NCBI RefSeq assembly: GCF_009914755.1
Contig: NC_060934.1
Strand: one strand, 5' to 3'
DNA: 64,000 bases
Source of the DNA: the human T2T-CHM13v2.0 reference genome, Homo sapiens
A model generated the notes under the pieces. That model saw only the letters and a program-made list of their open reading frames with translations. It searched no databases and had not been told where the DNA came from. Shown here in pieces: positions 32,950-47,200 of the stretch (position 1 is its first letter; the number at the start of each line of letters is the position of its first letter). The position numbers were made by a program, and so were the translations under genes.

Positions 32950-35939
32950 TAATACTTCTATGAGATCAATTTTTTTACCTTCCACATATGAGTGAAAACA
33001 TGCAGTATTTCTCTTTCGTTTCAGGGTTATTTCAGTTAACATAATGTTCTCTAAGTTTATGCATGTTGCTGCAAATGACAGAATTTCCTTCTGTTTACGG
33101 CTAAATAGTAATCATTGTGTATGTATACCACATTTTCTTTAACTGTGTGTCTGCTGATGAACACTTAAAGTGATTCCATATCTTGGCTATTGTGAATAGT
33201 GCTTCAGTAGTCACAGGAGTACAGATATCTCTTTAACATACTGATTTTCTTTCCTTTGAATATATAACCTGTAGTGGGATTGATGGATCATGTCGTAGTC
33301 ATTCAATTTTTAGTTTTTTGAGGAACCTCCATACCATTTTTCATAATGGTTGTACTAATTTACATTCCCACCAACAGTGTGTAAGATTTCCCTTTCTCAG
33401 CATCCCTGCCGGCATTTGTTCTTCTTAATTTTTTGGATAATAGATTCATCCTATCTGGGGTGAGATGATATCTCATTGTGGTTTTCATTTGCATTTCCCT
33501 GACGATTAGTGATTTAAGCATTTTTTCAGATGCCTTTTGCTCATTTGTATGTCTTCTTTTGAGAGATCTCTATTCAAATCATTTGCCCATTTTTAAATTG
33601 AATTATTTAATCATTTTTGCTGCTGGGTTACTTGATTTACTTGTATATTCTGGAGAGTAATCCTCTATCAGATAGATAATTTGCAAATATTTCCTCCTAT
33701 TCCATAGATTATCTCTTCTCTCTTTTCGTTGTTTCTTTGGCTGCTCAAAAGCTTTTTAGTTTGATAAAGTCACAAATATTTTTGCTGCTCCTGTCTTTGT
33801 TATTGAAGTCTTATTTAAAAAATCCTTGCCCGCACCAATGTCCTGACATATTTCCCCTATATTTTCTTCTAGTAGTTTTATAGTTTTGGATATTGCTTTT
33901 GGTGTTTAATCCATTTTGAAATAATATTTGTGTGTGGCGAGAGATAGGGATCTAGTTTCATTCTCCTGCATATGGATATCCAGCTTTCCCAACAACATTT
34001 ATTAAGGAGACTCTTCTTTCCCCAATGTGTGTTCTTGGTAACCTTGTTGAAAATCAGCTGGCTATAAATTTGTGGATTTACTTCTGAGTTCTTTATTCTG
34101 TTTCAGGGTTCTATGTGTCTACTTTGTTGCCAATATCACACTGTTTGGTTACTATAGCTGTGTAGTATATTTACAAGTCAGGTGGCATGACACCATCAGC
34201 TCTGCTTTTTGTGCTTAGGGTTACTCTGGTATATTCAGGGTCTTTTGTAGTCCTATATGAATTTTAGGATTGTTTTTTTCTATTCCTGTGGAAAATGTCA
34301 TTGGTATTTTGATAGAGATTGCATTGAATCTGCAGATTGCATGGACATTTTCATAATATAATTCTGTCAATCTATCAACAAGGGATATCTTTTCATTTTT
34401 TTGTCTCCTCAATTTCTTTCACCAACGTTTTATAGTTTTCATTGTAGAGATTTTTCAACGCTCTTGTCAAGTGACTCTTAGGTATTTTTTGTAGTTACTG
34501 TAAATGGGATTGCTTTCTTGATTTTTTTTTTTTAGGTTGTCCACTATTAGTTTTTAGAAATGCTACCAGTTTTGGTATGTTGATTTGGTATCCAGCAACT
34601 TTACTGAATTTGGTTGTTAGTTCTAAGAGATTTTGGTGAAGTATACATTTTTCTGTATTTAAGGTCATTTTTTTCTGTAAACAGGAATAATTTTACTTCT
34701 CCGTTTCTATTTGGATGCCCTTTATTTCTTTCTCTTGCCTATTTGCTCTGGATAGAATTTCTGATACTATGATGAGAGTGGTGAGAGTGGGCATCCTTGT
34801 CTTCTAGTTCTCACAGGAAAAGCTTTCAGCTTCTCACTGTTCAGTATGATGTTTGCTGTGGGTTTGTCATTTATGGTCTTTATTATGTTAAGGTGCACTC
34901 CATTTATGCCTACTTTGTAGAGAGTTTTTGTCATGAAGGAGTGTTGAATTTTATCAAATGTTCTTTCTGTATCTATTTAAATGACTATAAAACTGTTGCC
35001 CTTCATTCTGTTTGTTGATTTGCATATGTTAAACTATCCTTACATCCCAGGGATAAACCCCAGTTGATCGTGCTATATAATTTTTTGGATGTGCTGTTGG
35101 ATTTGGTTTGCTAGTACTTTGTTGAGAATTTTAGCATCTGTGTTTATCTGGCATACTGAACTGTGGTTCTATTTTTTGGTTGTGTTCTTGCCTGGTTTTG
35201 GTATCAGTGTAACGCTGGTCTTATTAGAATAAGTTTAGATTCCCTGCCCTTCAAATCTTTAAAATAGTTTGAGGAAAATTGGGATTAGGTCTCTTTTTAA
35301 CATTTGGTAGAATTCGGCAGTCAAACAATTTGGTCCTGGTCTTTCTTTGTTGCTAGACTTTTTCTTACTGATTCAATCTCATTGCATGTTAATAGCCTGT
35401 TCAGCTTTCCTGTTTCTTCTTTGTTATCTATTGGTAGGTTGCATGTGTCCAGAAATGTATCTACTTCCTCTGGATTTTCAATTTGTTGGTGTATAGTTGT
35501 TAATAACAGTCTCTAAAAATCCTTTGTATTTCTGTGGTGTCAGTTCTAATGTCTCCTTTTTTGTTTCTGATTTTATTTATTTGCATTTTTTCTCTTTTTC
35601 TCTTAATCTAGCTAATGACTTTTTAAAATTGTGTTTAACTTTTCAAAAAACCAACTTTTTATTTTGTTAATTGTTGTGGGGTTGTTTGGGTCTCAATTTC
35701 ATTTATTTCTGCTCTGATCATCATTATTTCTTTCCTTCTGTTAATATTGGCTTTAATTTGTTATTGTTTTTCCTAGTTTCTAGAGGTGCAACATTGGGCT
35801 GTTTACTTGAACTCTTTTTACTTTTTTAATATAGCGATGTTTTGCTAAAAACTTCCCTCTGAACACTGTTTTTGCTTTATCCCAAATGTTTTGGCATGTT
35901 GTGTGTGTCTCTATTTTCATTTGTTTCAAGTAATGTTAA

Positions 35940-36244
<305 letters not shown>

Positions 36245-36761
36245 TAAAATTGTTTTTAAAATTTATTCACTGATACATTGGCAATTCACGAGCATGTTGT
36301 TTAATTTCCAAGTATTTGTACAGTTTCCAAAGTTCTTTTTATGGATTTCTAGGTTAAGTCAAAAAAGACACTTGATATTTTTACTGTTTAAAATGTGTCG
36401 AGACTTGTTTTGTGGCCTAACATATATGGTTATTCTGAGGAATATTCCATGTTCTAATGAGAAGAATGTATATTCTGTAGTTATTGCATGAAATGTTCTA
36501 TAAATATTTGTTAGGTCCAAACATTAAAGTCTTTTTTATAGCATATAGCTTTAAGTCAAAATCTATAAAAAGGTCATTATATAATATTAAAGGGATTGAT
36601 TTGGCAAGAGGATATAAAGACTTAAAGTCTTTTCTATATGGTATTTAAAGTTGAAATCCGATGTTTCTTTGTTAATTTTTTTTTGCCTAGATAGTTTGTC
36701 CCATGTTGAGAGTGGGGCAACAAAAAGTCTCAACTATTACTGTATTGGAGTTTGTCTCTCT

Positions 36762-36885
36762 CTACATAGTTAATAATATTTGCTGTATGTATCTGGGTGC
36801 TCTACTTTTGGATGCATGTACATTTATGATTGTTATATCCTCTTGCTGAATTGATCCCTTTAATATTATATAATGACCTTTTTGT
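36762..36885 (-). pseudogene. Decayed L1 ORF2p endonuclease-domain fragment
   Basis: KGHYIILKGSIQQEDITIINVHA...APRYIQQIL matches the L1 EN domain; cut by the LTR. Confidence 0.85.
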
Positions 36886-36889
36886 CTCT

Positions 36890-37653
<764 letters not shown>

Positions 37654-37923
37654 CTCTTTTCATAGATTTTGACTTAACGTCTTTTTTGCAAGGTATAAAT
37701 ATAGCTCCTCCTGCCTGCTTTTGGTTTGTTTGTGTGGAGTATTTTTCTCTATCCTTTCACTTTCAGTTTATGTGTGTCTTGACACCTGAAGTGAATTTCT
37801 TGTAGGCAGCATATGGTTGGATCTTTTTTTAAAAAAACCTATTATCTAGTCTATATCTTTTAATTTGGAATTTTAATCTGCTTACAGTTAAGGTAATTAC
37901 TGATAGATGAGTACTTACTCCTG

Positions 37924-39063
37924 TCATTTTGTTAACTGTTTTCTGGTTGTTTTGTACATTCTTTGTTCATTTCTTCCCCTCTCATTGCTTATCTTTGTTA
38001 TTTGGTGATTTTCTGTAGTGATAAGGTTTGATTTCTTTCTCTTTCTCATATTTGTACCTGCTTTACCAGTGTATAGTTTCATGTTTTCATGATGATAGTT
38101 ATTGTCCTTTAGCTTCCAGATGCAGGACTCCCTTAAGCATTTCTTGTAAGGAAGTCTAGTGATGATGAATTTCCTTAGTTTTAATTTTTCCAAGAATAAC
38201 ATTATTTCTCCTTATATCGTAAGGGTAGCTTTGCTGAGTGTAGTATTCTTGGCTAGCAGTTTTATTTTTTTCTTTCAGCACTCTGAATACATCATCCCGT
38301 TCTCTCCTGGCCTTCAAGTTTTATGCTGAGAAATTTGCTATTAATCTAAATTGGATTCCCTTATATATGACATGATACTTTTTCATAGTGTTTTTGTAAT
38401 TATTTTTGCCTTTGACTTTTGACAGTTTGACTATAATATGTCCTGGAGAGAACCTTTTTGTGTTGAATCTATTTAGAGTTTTTGAGCTTCCTGGTCTAGA
38501 TGTCCATATCTCTATCAAGACCTGAAAAGTTTTTAGCCATTATTTCATTACATATATTTCCTATGCCTTTCCCTAACTCTTCCTCTTGTAAAATTCCCAT
38601 AATGTGAAAATTATTTGCTTTATGGTGTCCCAAAAATCTTTTACACTTTCTTCATCCTTTTTTATTCTTTTAAAAAATTTTTGTCATCTAAGTGATTTCA
38701 AAAGACCTGTCTTCAAGTTTAGAAAATGTTTCTACTGCTTTGTCTAGTTTTCTGTTGAACAAAAATACTTGACTGTATTTTTATTTCATACATTAAATTC
38801 ATAGACTGTAAAATTTCTGTGTTTTTGTTGTTGTTGTTGTTGCTAACAATATATACCTCTTAGTTGAAGTTCTCATTCAGACTATAAATTGTTTTCCTGG
38901 ATTTGTTGAATTGTCTATCTATATTCTTTTGAATCTTGCTTAGTTTCCTGAAGATCATTATTTTGAATTCATTTTCTGGCATTACACAAATTTTCTGTTC
39001 TTTGGGGTCATGTACTTGAAAATTATGTTTCTTTGGAGGTGTTCTATTTCCCTGCTTTTTCAT
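37924..39063 (-). pseudogene. Decayed L1 ORF1p remnants (several broken frames)
   Basis: Peptides MPENEFKIMIFRKLSKIQ, HIIVKLSKVK...YKGIQFRLIANFSA and KLRKFIITR resemble ORF1p. Confidence 0.8.
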
Positions 39064-40756
39064 GTTTCTTGTATTCCTGCATTTTTATTTGCACATGTGG
39101 TAGAACAGTAATTTCTCCTAATTTTATAGAGTAACTTTTGTACAGAAAAACTTGTTCCTGAAGATGGGTCTTAGAATGTCAAGTGGGTAGGATGTGTTGG
39201 CTTTGGTTCTGTGTGAACACAGTGGTGTAGTCTCTGCCTAGTTTCTTCAGCTGTAATTCATGCTAGCAATGTTTGTGAGTGTCTTGTTGGCTTAAGCTGC
39301 ATGAGTTTTTGGTTGCAGTGGTGTGGCTTTTTAAGGGATGGGTTCACCAAGCTGGTTATCAAGCCAGTGAATGTATGTGCACACAATGGATTGTCCAACT
39401 GGAGGACTGGCTCACTGAGGGCTGGGCTGTCAGGCTGTTTTTCAGGTCAGGGTGTAAACACATAGTGGCTCTGTGGCTCAGGGATTGGTCTAACAGGGGC
39501 AGGTCCACTGGGCTTTTTTTCCAGGTGGGGTGGGTTCATTGCAGCTTGGAAGTTCAAGAGTGACTCTATTCAGGGTGGGTCTGTCAGTCTAATTATCCAA
39601 CCAGGGTCACAAGCATGCAGTGGCTCAGCCAAAATAATGGTGAGCTTGTTGGAGGTAATTCACCTGACTGTTTCTTTAACTAGGTGCACAAGCATGTGGT
39701 GGTTTGATCAGCCCAGAGTTGGCTTCCTCACTGCAGAATGGGAATCACAGTTGTTCTGGTCCCAGACTGTGAGTAGCCAGTGTTGTGGTTTTGAAGCCAT
39801 CTATGTAAGCCTGGTGGAATAATGGAAGAGCCTCAAGGCTAGAGGTCAGTGACTACTGGCTCCCATAGAAGGGCACACTCCAGCAGTGTCTCTGGTGTTA
39901 AGATGGCAATGTGCTGCAGCACCTCGGGCCATGAGAGATGAGGAGTGCACAATTCCAGGCAGTGTGAATTCCAGGCAGCTCCCCAAAGTGGACTCAGGAT
40001 TTGCGAGGACTGTGGGATTCTTAAGTAGTAAGAACTGCAGGTGCCCTTTTATGGCAATGTGGACTGGTAAGGGCCTTCTTCTTACCTTTCTCTTCAAGGG
40101 GAAGCTCCTCATGGCCTTTAACCCTGAGGATGGGGTGGCAGAGGCAGGGAGCCTTGCTCTCCTTCTATACTACCATCCTGGGCTTTTATGCTCCACAGTG
40201 ATTTTACCAGTTTCTTGTTGGACTCCCCCACTCTCCCTCAGATATTCCATTCAGATTTTAGTTGTTCATTTGTTGTTTTGGACAACACCTTTTTGTGTGG
40301 GAGTGAGCACTAGGCACATTTAGATGCCATCATGGTGATTCCACTTCTAATATTGGATAGATGTGACTTTTAATCTACACAGAATCTGTGAGTAGCCTTT
40401 ACTGCAGACTTTTAGCAAAACCTAATAGAAATTCACCCTATTCATCCATTAATAGAAAAACTATATTTTACCCTAAAGCTCAGCTTCTGAGGTAGAATAA
40501 CACCTCTGAAGATGTAATCACTAAATATCTTTAGTAAGTGAAACAATTTACTTACTCTTTGGTTCACTAATTTATCTAAATTGCATGATTGCTTATATAT
40601 TTGGGAAGTGATTTTATATATTTCTGCTACCCTCTTTCTGTAATACCATAACTTTGAACCTGAAAAGTCATATTGTTACTCTACCCTCCAGCTCCACATA
40701 GATTTTTAAGCATCGTAACTGGGTACCATAAGTATTCTTGTAAATTATAATCATCT

Positions 40757-41050
40757 GGTTGGGGGCGGTAGCTCATGCCTGTAATCCCAGTACTTTGAAA
40801 GGCCGAAGCAGGTGGATTGCTTGAGGTCAGGAGATCAAGACCAGCCTGGACGACATGGCAAAACCGGTCTCTACTAAACATACAAAAAAAATTAGCCAGG
40901 CGTGGTGGCGCATGCCTTTAATACTAGCTACTCAGGGGACTGAGGCAGGAGAATTGCTCGAACCTGGTAGGCAGAGGTTGTAGTGGGCTGAGATCTGCCA
41001 TTGTACTCCAGCTTGGACAATAAAGCGAGACTCCGTCTCAAAAAAAAAAA
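40757..41050 (+). mobile_element. Alu (AluS)
   Basis: Full Alu; TSD aaattataatcatct / aaattatgataatct. Confidence 0.92.
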
Positions 41051-41685
41051 TTATGATAATCTACACTTACAATAAGAGCTTCACCCATATATCTTTGGAA
41101 ATATGTAAGTGGAAACCTATATATGATAAACAACAATATGAAAGAAAAACTCATGAGGTCATATGGCCATGAGTTTTCTTATGTTTTCTGATCTTCAATA
41201 TATAAGGATTTAATCATTGAGTTTTTATATGATATGACTCACTGCCCATTCAAATGAAGCACTAATAGCCACTAGAAAATCTGAGATGCTTCTGGCCAGC
41301 ACTTTGTGGGGAAACTGTGAATTTAATACCTTCATCATGCTGGAACTAACAGGCAAATCAATTCCATCTTTTTGTACAGAAGCCAGCTGTATCTATTATT
41401 GAATAGGGTATTCAATGATCCCACTTAAGATGGTATTTTTTTAAAAAGGAAAAGGTAAAAGAGATGTCAAGGGAAAAATATGGGTTTGGAAGTAGAACCC
41501 TTTTTTGTTGTTAATTTGAATTTCCTATCACCAAATTTTATGACCTCAATTCCATTATGAAAATCCATTTTGAATAGATTCAGTAATTTTGGAAAATTAA
41601 AGTTCAACCATAACCAGATTTAATAATTCATTTGATTCAGGTCTTAAATATTTTAATTATTCATTAAGTTCAAAAAATCCTTGCA

Positions 41686-42075
41686 ATGATCTCACCTATA
41701 TGTGGAATCCAAAAAAGTAAAACTCACTGAAGCAGAGAGTAAAATGGTGGTTACCAGAGGCCAGAGTTTGGGGAATTGGGGTAATGTTGTCCAAAAGATA
41801 CAAAATTTCAGTTAAACAGGAGGAAAAACATTCAAGAGATCTATCGTATATAATGGTAATTGTAATTAACAACAGTATATTATATACTTGAAAATTGCTA
41901 AGAGAGTCGATTTTAAGTGTTTTCAGCCAAAAGAGAGAAGTATGCAAGATAATACATATGTTAATTAACTTGCTTTAGCCATTTCACAATGTATATATCA
42001 AAACATTATGTTGTATACCATAAATATATATAATTTTTATTTCTTAATTAAGGAAATAAGATAAATTAAAATTGT
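41686..42075 (+). mobile_element. L1MA (MA7/MA8-like) 3' end, 5'-truncated
   Basis: gatctcacctatatgtggaatc...agcagagagtaaaatggtggttaccagagg...aaaattgctaagagagt; TSD-like aaaaatccttgcaat / aaaaatccatgccat. Confidence 0.88.
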
Positions 42076-42902
42076 TAAAAATCCATGCCATTAAATATAT
42101 TACAAAATATAAATTCAACAACTCTCTGCCAAAACTATTTTTTTAAAAACTGCATCCTCCACTACCTCTACTGCCCATTCCCCCACTTCACACCTGCTCA
42201 TTACCTACTCCTTCCCCACACCCAGTAGATCCTACATTCTGCCAAGTTTGTAATCAGACTCTTTTCGAGCTGATAAATATCAGGATTATAGTTTATTTCC
42301 TAAAGAGGAATTTACTCTCAAACAGACAGAGAGCTTTGCATATTTACTTTTTCCATAAGGTAAACAATTCTAGGAAAGTTTCTTAATGATGTCTCTTACC
42401 TTATTTTATGTTCTGCGATGATATCTTTGTGTTTTTTTTCTTTCTGGAAGTTTGTGGCAGTCAAGTTGCACATTTATGTTTGATAAAACAAACACCATAA
42501 AAATTATACTGTCAGGGGAACACTGACTACCACTTGTACCGGCTGAGCTTCCCCATGCTCAACCTGAGTGGTTTTAACACAGCCTGATTGAGAATAGCTG
42601 AGTCATTATGGAGTTCTTTGCTTTTGTCATCACTTGATTTACTGATGCTCTGGGTCTCTGTGATCAAGAGCTAAATCACTTCCCTTTTCTCTGATAACTT
42701 AGTGTAGTCAAGATGTTCATAATTAATGAATATACTTTTGAAAACTGTAAGTTCATCATTTAATGCTGTAGTAGTTGCTGGAGGTAAAAGTGCTAATCTT
42801 GTTGGAAAAATAGACATATGAACAGATAATTTCAATATTTGAAAAGCAAATTTGAGATGCTATGGGTGAAGGAAGGTGTACTTTCACTGGCTATTTTAGT
42901 CC

Positions 42903-43374
42903 TGAGGGTGACCCAGGTGGCTTTAACATTCCCCTCTGTTTGACTCAACTTTGACAGGTTTCTTCCTGACTCTAAGCCCCTGAGCTACCTTTTCTTAGAT
43001 ACTTTACTTTAGAAAACAGGCACCTTTAAGCCCTTTCTCAGTCCCTTTAAAATATTAATCTTCTCATAGCCTCTTGCTAGTTTTATGACCCAGGAATGCC
43101 TATCTCAAGGGCCTGGGGTTCATCCCTTTGAAACGTATTCATCAAGAAGGACAGAGCCCCTATCTCCCAGTCTCTGTGGGAGGGTAGAAGTTTAACTTTG
43201 ATAAATACCAATTAGCAAATATAAATGGCCTCATCACCTCCACTACCTCACCCTAGCGCTTAAGAACTTTCCCACCTCTTGTTTCAGAGGATGTTACATT
43301 CTCTCTTATTGCAATCATCTTGAATACAGTCTTTCCTGCCTGTTTAATTGGTTTGATGCAATTTTTCTTCAACA
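42903..43374 (+). mobile_element. MER31-like ERV1 solo LTR
   Basis: gacaggtttcttcctgactctaagcccctga...cccctatctcccagtctctgtgggagggtag...gcaatttttcttcaaca. Confidence 0.75.
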
Positions 43375-44188
43375 AGAGTCACCAAATATAAGATTATAGA
43401 ATAATGTTTAGAAACTAGTAGGAACAGAATAAATAAGCGCATTATTATGGTTCCAAGAATTCAGCAGTTTCTAGGGGCTGGATTATGGCCTCCTGCCTTT
43501 CTGGGAAGGGCACAAAGCACTGCTGATTACTGTTATAGCCAATCTACTCTGCCTAGCAACTATCCACAGCATGAAAGAATTCTCTAATATGACAAGGAAA
43601 GAGATTGCTTTAACCTTCACCTAGATTTTCCCTTAATAGTCTCTGTCCACGCTTGTTCAATTCCTCCACCAAGGCCAGTTGTATAACTCTCCCTCCCTCT
43701 TTCAAGCCACTTTTGCTTCTTCCTTCTATAAACCCCAATAGCATTTTTAAAAAACGTTTTTGAGCAATCTATTAAGAAAGTTTGCATTTTATTATATAGG
43801 CTTTATTTAAAAATGTATTTTCTCCAGGCACCACAACCCAACTCTTTTTAATTTTTTAATTTTTAAAAAATTAGTTAATTTTTAGTCCTGCTCAGTTTCC
43901 CACCCAACCCTTAGTATCCCTTTACACTGGCACTTTCTAAACAGAACAGAATATAAACATTTTCAAGATTTGGGCATACAGGTCTTTTATGGGGAAAAAA
44001 TTGTAGGACATGATTGCTGAAAGGCAGTCTTAGACCATTTATTGGGTTTTAGACCCTCTCTGCCTCAGGGAGTCTCTATTTTGATTCCTCTTGCCAACAC
44101 AACACCAGCCCCAGAAGAATATTGGTGTCCTTTTCTTTCTTTCCTCGTATGGGCAAAAATGAAATACTACTACTTCTTTATCCCTCAT

Positions 44189-44289
44189 CAAATGAGAAAC
44201 ATTGTATAATATTATATATGCTACCTGAAACACCAAATGAGAAACATTGTATAATATTATATATGCTACCTGAAACACCAAATGAGAAA
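44189..44289. repeat. Perfect 45-bp tandem duplication (about 2.2 copies)
   Basis: caaatgagaaacattgtataatattatatatgctacctgaaacac at 44189 and 44234, plus caaatgagaaa at 44279. Confidence 0.97.
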
Positions 44290-47200
44290 TTGATAACAGC
44301 AATGACAAAATTTTAAACAGGATACACTTTGCACATGTTGTATTTGAAATTCAATAACATTTATAAGACATTTAGAAATGGATTCTTTCATTGAAGCCAA
44401 AATACTCTAGAACTCTTTCTCATCTCCTAATAACAGCACTGAGAACCTTCCATTGAACTTTGGGGCTTTGAGGAATTCGATTTGAAAACTACTGACCTAA
44501 AAGACTAAAGTCACAGTAGTTACCAAACTTCAGGGTGTATAAAATCAGTGGGAATCACTTGAAAATAAACATTCTGCTGCAGGGTATCTATAGACCAATA
44601 TAGGAGGGAAATACTCAGCCAGATCTTAAAAATCAGGCCTAGTATTTCAAGAAAAATCTTGAGAAATCTTATTTTAAAAATTTATGGCTCAGCTTATCCT
44701 TCTGTTGGGGAAAAAAAGTTTTAAAGTTAATATTTGACCAGATGAAAGAAAATGTAGACAGCTGCAAAAATCACTAATTAGTTAAATTAGACTCTTCAAA
44801 TGGTTAGTGAGTTCAACTTTAACTCTGCCAAATAGCGCCTGTTTCTCTTTATGAGTTCCAGGGAACTTACAGAACTATATTTTCTAATATTAAAAGAATT
44901 ACTTTGAAAATATAATTAAGACATCTAAAGAAGAAAAAAAGCATTCTTTATTCTTCTTCCTGCCTCCTTTACTGTGCCTTACAAAAAAATATTGTTGACA
45001 GTTGGCTTGCCATCTGTTCCAGCAGGGCAAAAGTGTAAAAGTTGGTGATATTTTTCAATGAAAGCAGTCTGAAAATAACACATTATTTTCAGAAAATACG
45101 TCTGTTAATGTCTCATTAAAACATTAACCAACAAAGCAGCCAGTTTGAAAAGAATCCTCAAGATCGAGAAGGCATGTTTTTTACTTCCCAAGTTATCCAA
45201 AATTGTATTTTTCAGGTTAAAGCTCCTTTAATTTTAAATATATCATTGGGCAATGGGGAGGGATAATGGAGTGAGGAACAGCCTAACTTTCCAATTCTAC
45301 ATTGCTGACTTCATAGGCCAAGACCAAACTGGTCATTATTATTATGATGACAACACAGTGACAGCAGCAAGCTATAGTGGGATAAGTTCTTTGAGCTACT
45401 AAATGAGAAAATAGCAAATATATTGCAATTCCTTCCAAGTCTTTATGTAGCTAGCAGCTAGCATCATTTGTTTTAAGCCACCTGAAAAAAAAAATGATAT
45501 AGTGAATCCACAAGACTCAACTTTCTAAATCTCTGTTTTCTCATCAGCACAATAGGAATAACCACGTGCACTTTTCTCTTCTTGGCAAACTGTGTTTCCA
45601 TTCTTCTGAGAAGAGAGAGCCCCAAGAGCCCAGTGCATCAGCCTGACTGGTCAATCCAGTAGACTTTGATGAAAGTGCTTCTTACCTTCAGTCCTCGTAT
45701 ATGCTGCCAGGAGATCCACAACAAAAGTCATGTGATAGGACTTTGCTCAACTGGCAAAGCATGTCAGGATGGAACTTATTCAAATACGTAACAGTGAAAT
45801 AGACACTGAGAAGACTCTCAAAAGATATTATTATGTGGCCCATCTCACCAATTTCTTCCCATAATTAACCGTTAATTCTGCATTTTTAGTTATTTAAGAT
45901 AATGTTAGTATCAGGTTATTGACATGGTAGGACTTTGAGAAAAAAATTTATTCTTACTCCCAAGCTATCCCAGACTGATGCATTTGTCTAATTTTTCATG
46001 TCGTTGTATAACTTCTCCAGTAATCATTTTCTTTCTTACTCAGGTACATTTAAAAACTGTGGTCTCTAACCAGAATTCTTCACATATGGGTGAAAGTGTG
46101 TCTCTGCTTATTCTGTTATCCATGTCGACAGCGGAGAATTTTCATTGTAGGTCTCCAAGCAAGAATTTCAAAGTGGATCCCTTGACCTTACTTAATTATA
46201 AAATAAGTACATCTCTTCTTTTAAGTGCCTTCTTGACAAGCAGGGATTGTGCAGGAGGAAACCACACCCCTGAGAGCCACTGCTGCGTCTCTGGGAAGTC
46301 TCCACTTGTGTGAAGAACGTTATTACTCTGCCCTCCAAGATAATTCTCTCCAGAATGAATAAACTCAATTCCTTTCATCTTTCCTCTTGGGCTTTCTTTT
46401 CCATGCCTTTGTCATTTTCTCTTTTATGCCGCGTTCAGAAATAAAAGGAGCGTAATAGCAATCTCTACCTGAACAAGGCTAAATGTTACAAATGTACAAT
46501 TAATACTATCCATGTCTCCATGCTAGGAGAAAAAAATAATTTAAAAATTTGATTTTTTTCCTTTCACAATATTCAAACTCAGACTATTTTATGTAAATTT
46601 TTATTTATATAATTTTTTGCCATAACTAAAAAAATAGCACTTGTGATGTTATTAATCTCTTGCAATGGATACTGCTGAAGGCAGAGCAAGACTGTTTAAC
46701 TTCTGTCCCTGTTGACCTCCTGTGTGTAATCTAATGGCTTATTTACTGAGCAAAAACAGATCAGCTAGTCCTTATTAAAGCCTGTTAGAGCAACAAAAGT
46801 ATAATACTATTTTTTAATCTGATAACAACAGAAGTGAGGAGAAGAAATCAAAATTTATTAGCCTGTTAATGTGTTAGCACTCCTTAATGTAGACAAAGTA
46901 AACTCTTCCAGCAAACTGAAGTTCAATGTTAACTTGACTCCCTATTTATATGTCTCCTTGGTACCTATAAAGACCTTGAGAAACTTGAAGGGATGGCTTG
47001 TGTTATTAAACAGAATAACGTCTAACACTGTAAATCTTGGTTCCAACCCTACATAGCCAAGACATGACGTGAGGATAAACTTAAATTTGTTTGCTCGTTC
47101 ATTGTTCTACCCATATAGACCTGCTGCTCTGGCACAGCTGTGACTTTATTCCATGTTAATATTTTTACCTACATTCAAATGTCTTAAATCACTTAAAAGT

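Noticed and set aside
39846-40323. Overlapping 145-aa (+) and 88-aa (-) ORFs
   Set aside because: They lie in the GC-richer 5' UTR of the old L1, with no recognisable domain and no evidence of an ORF0-like product
44189-44289. Possible CRISPR-like repeat array
   Set aside because: Head-to-tail duplication with identical intervening sequence, no unique spacers and no cas genes; eukaryotic context
44039-44316. ORFs with repeated peptides (SHLVFQVAYIILYNV x2; PNEKHCIILYMLPET x2)
   Set aside because: Simply the in-frame (45 = 15 x 3) tandem duplication; not a repeat protein
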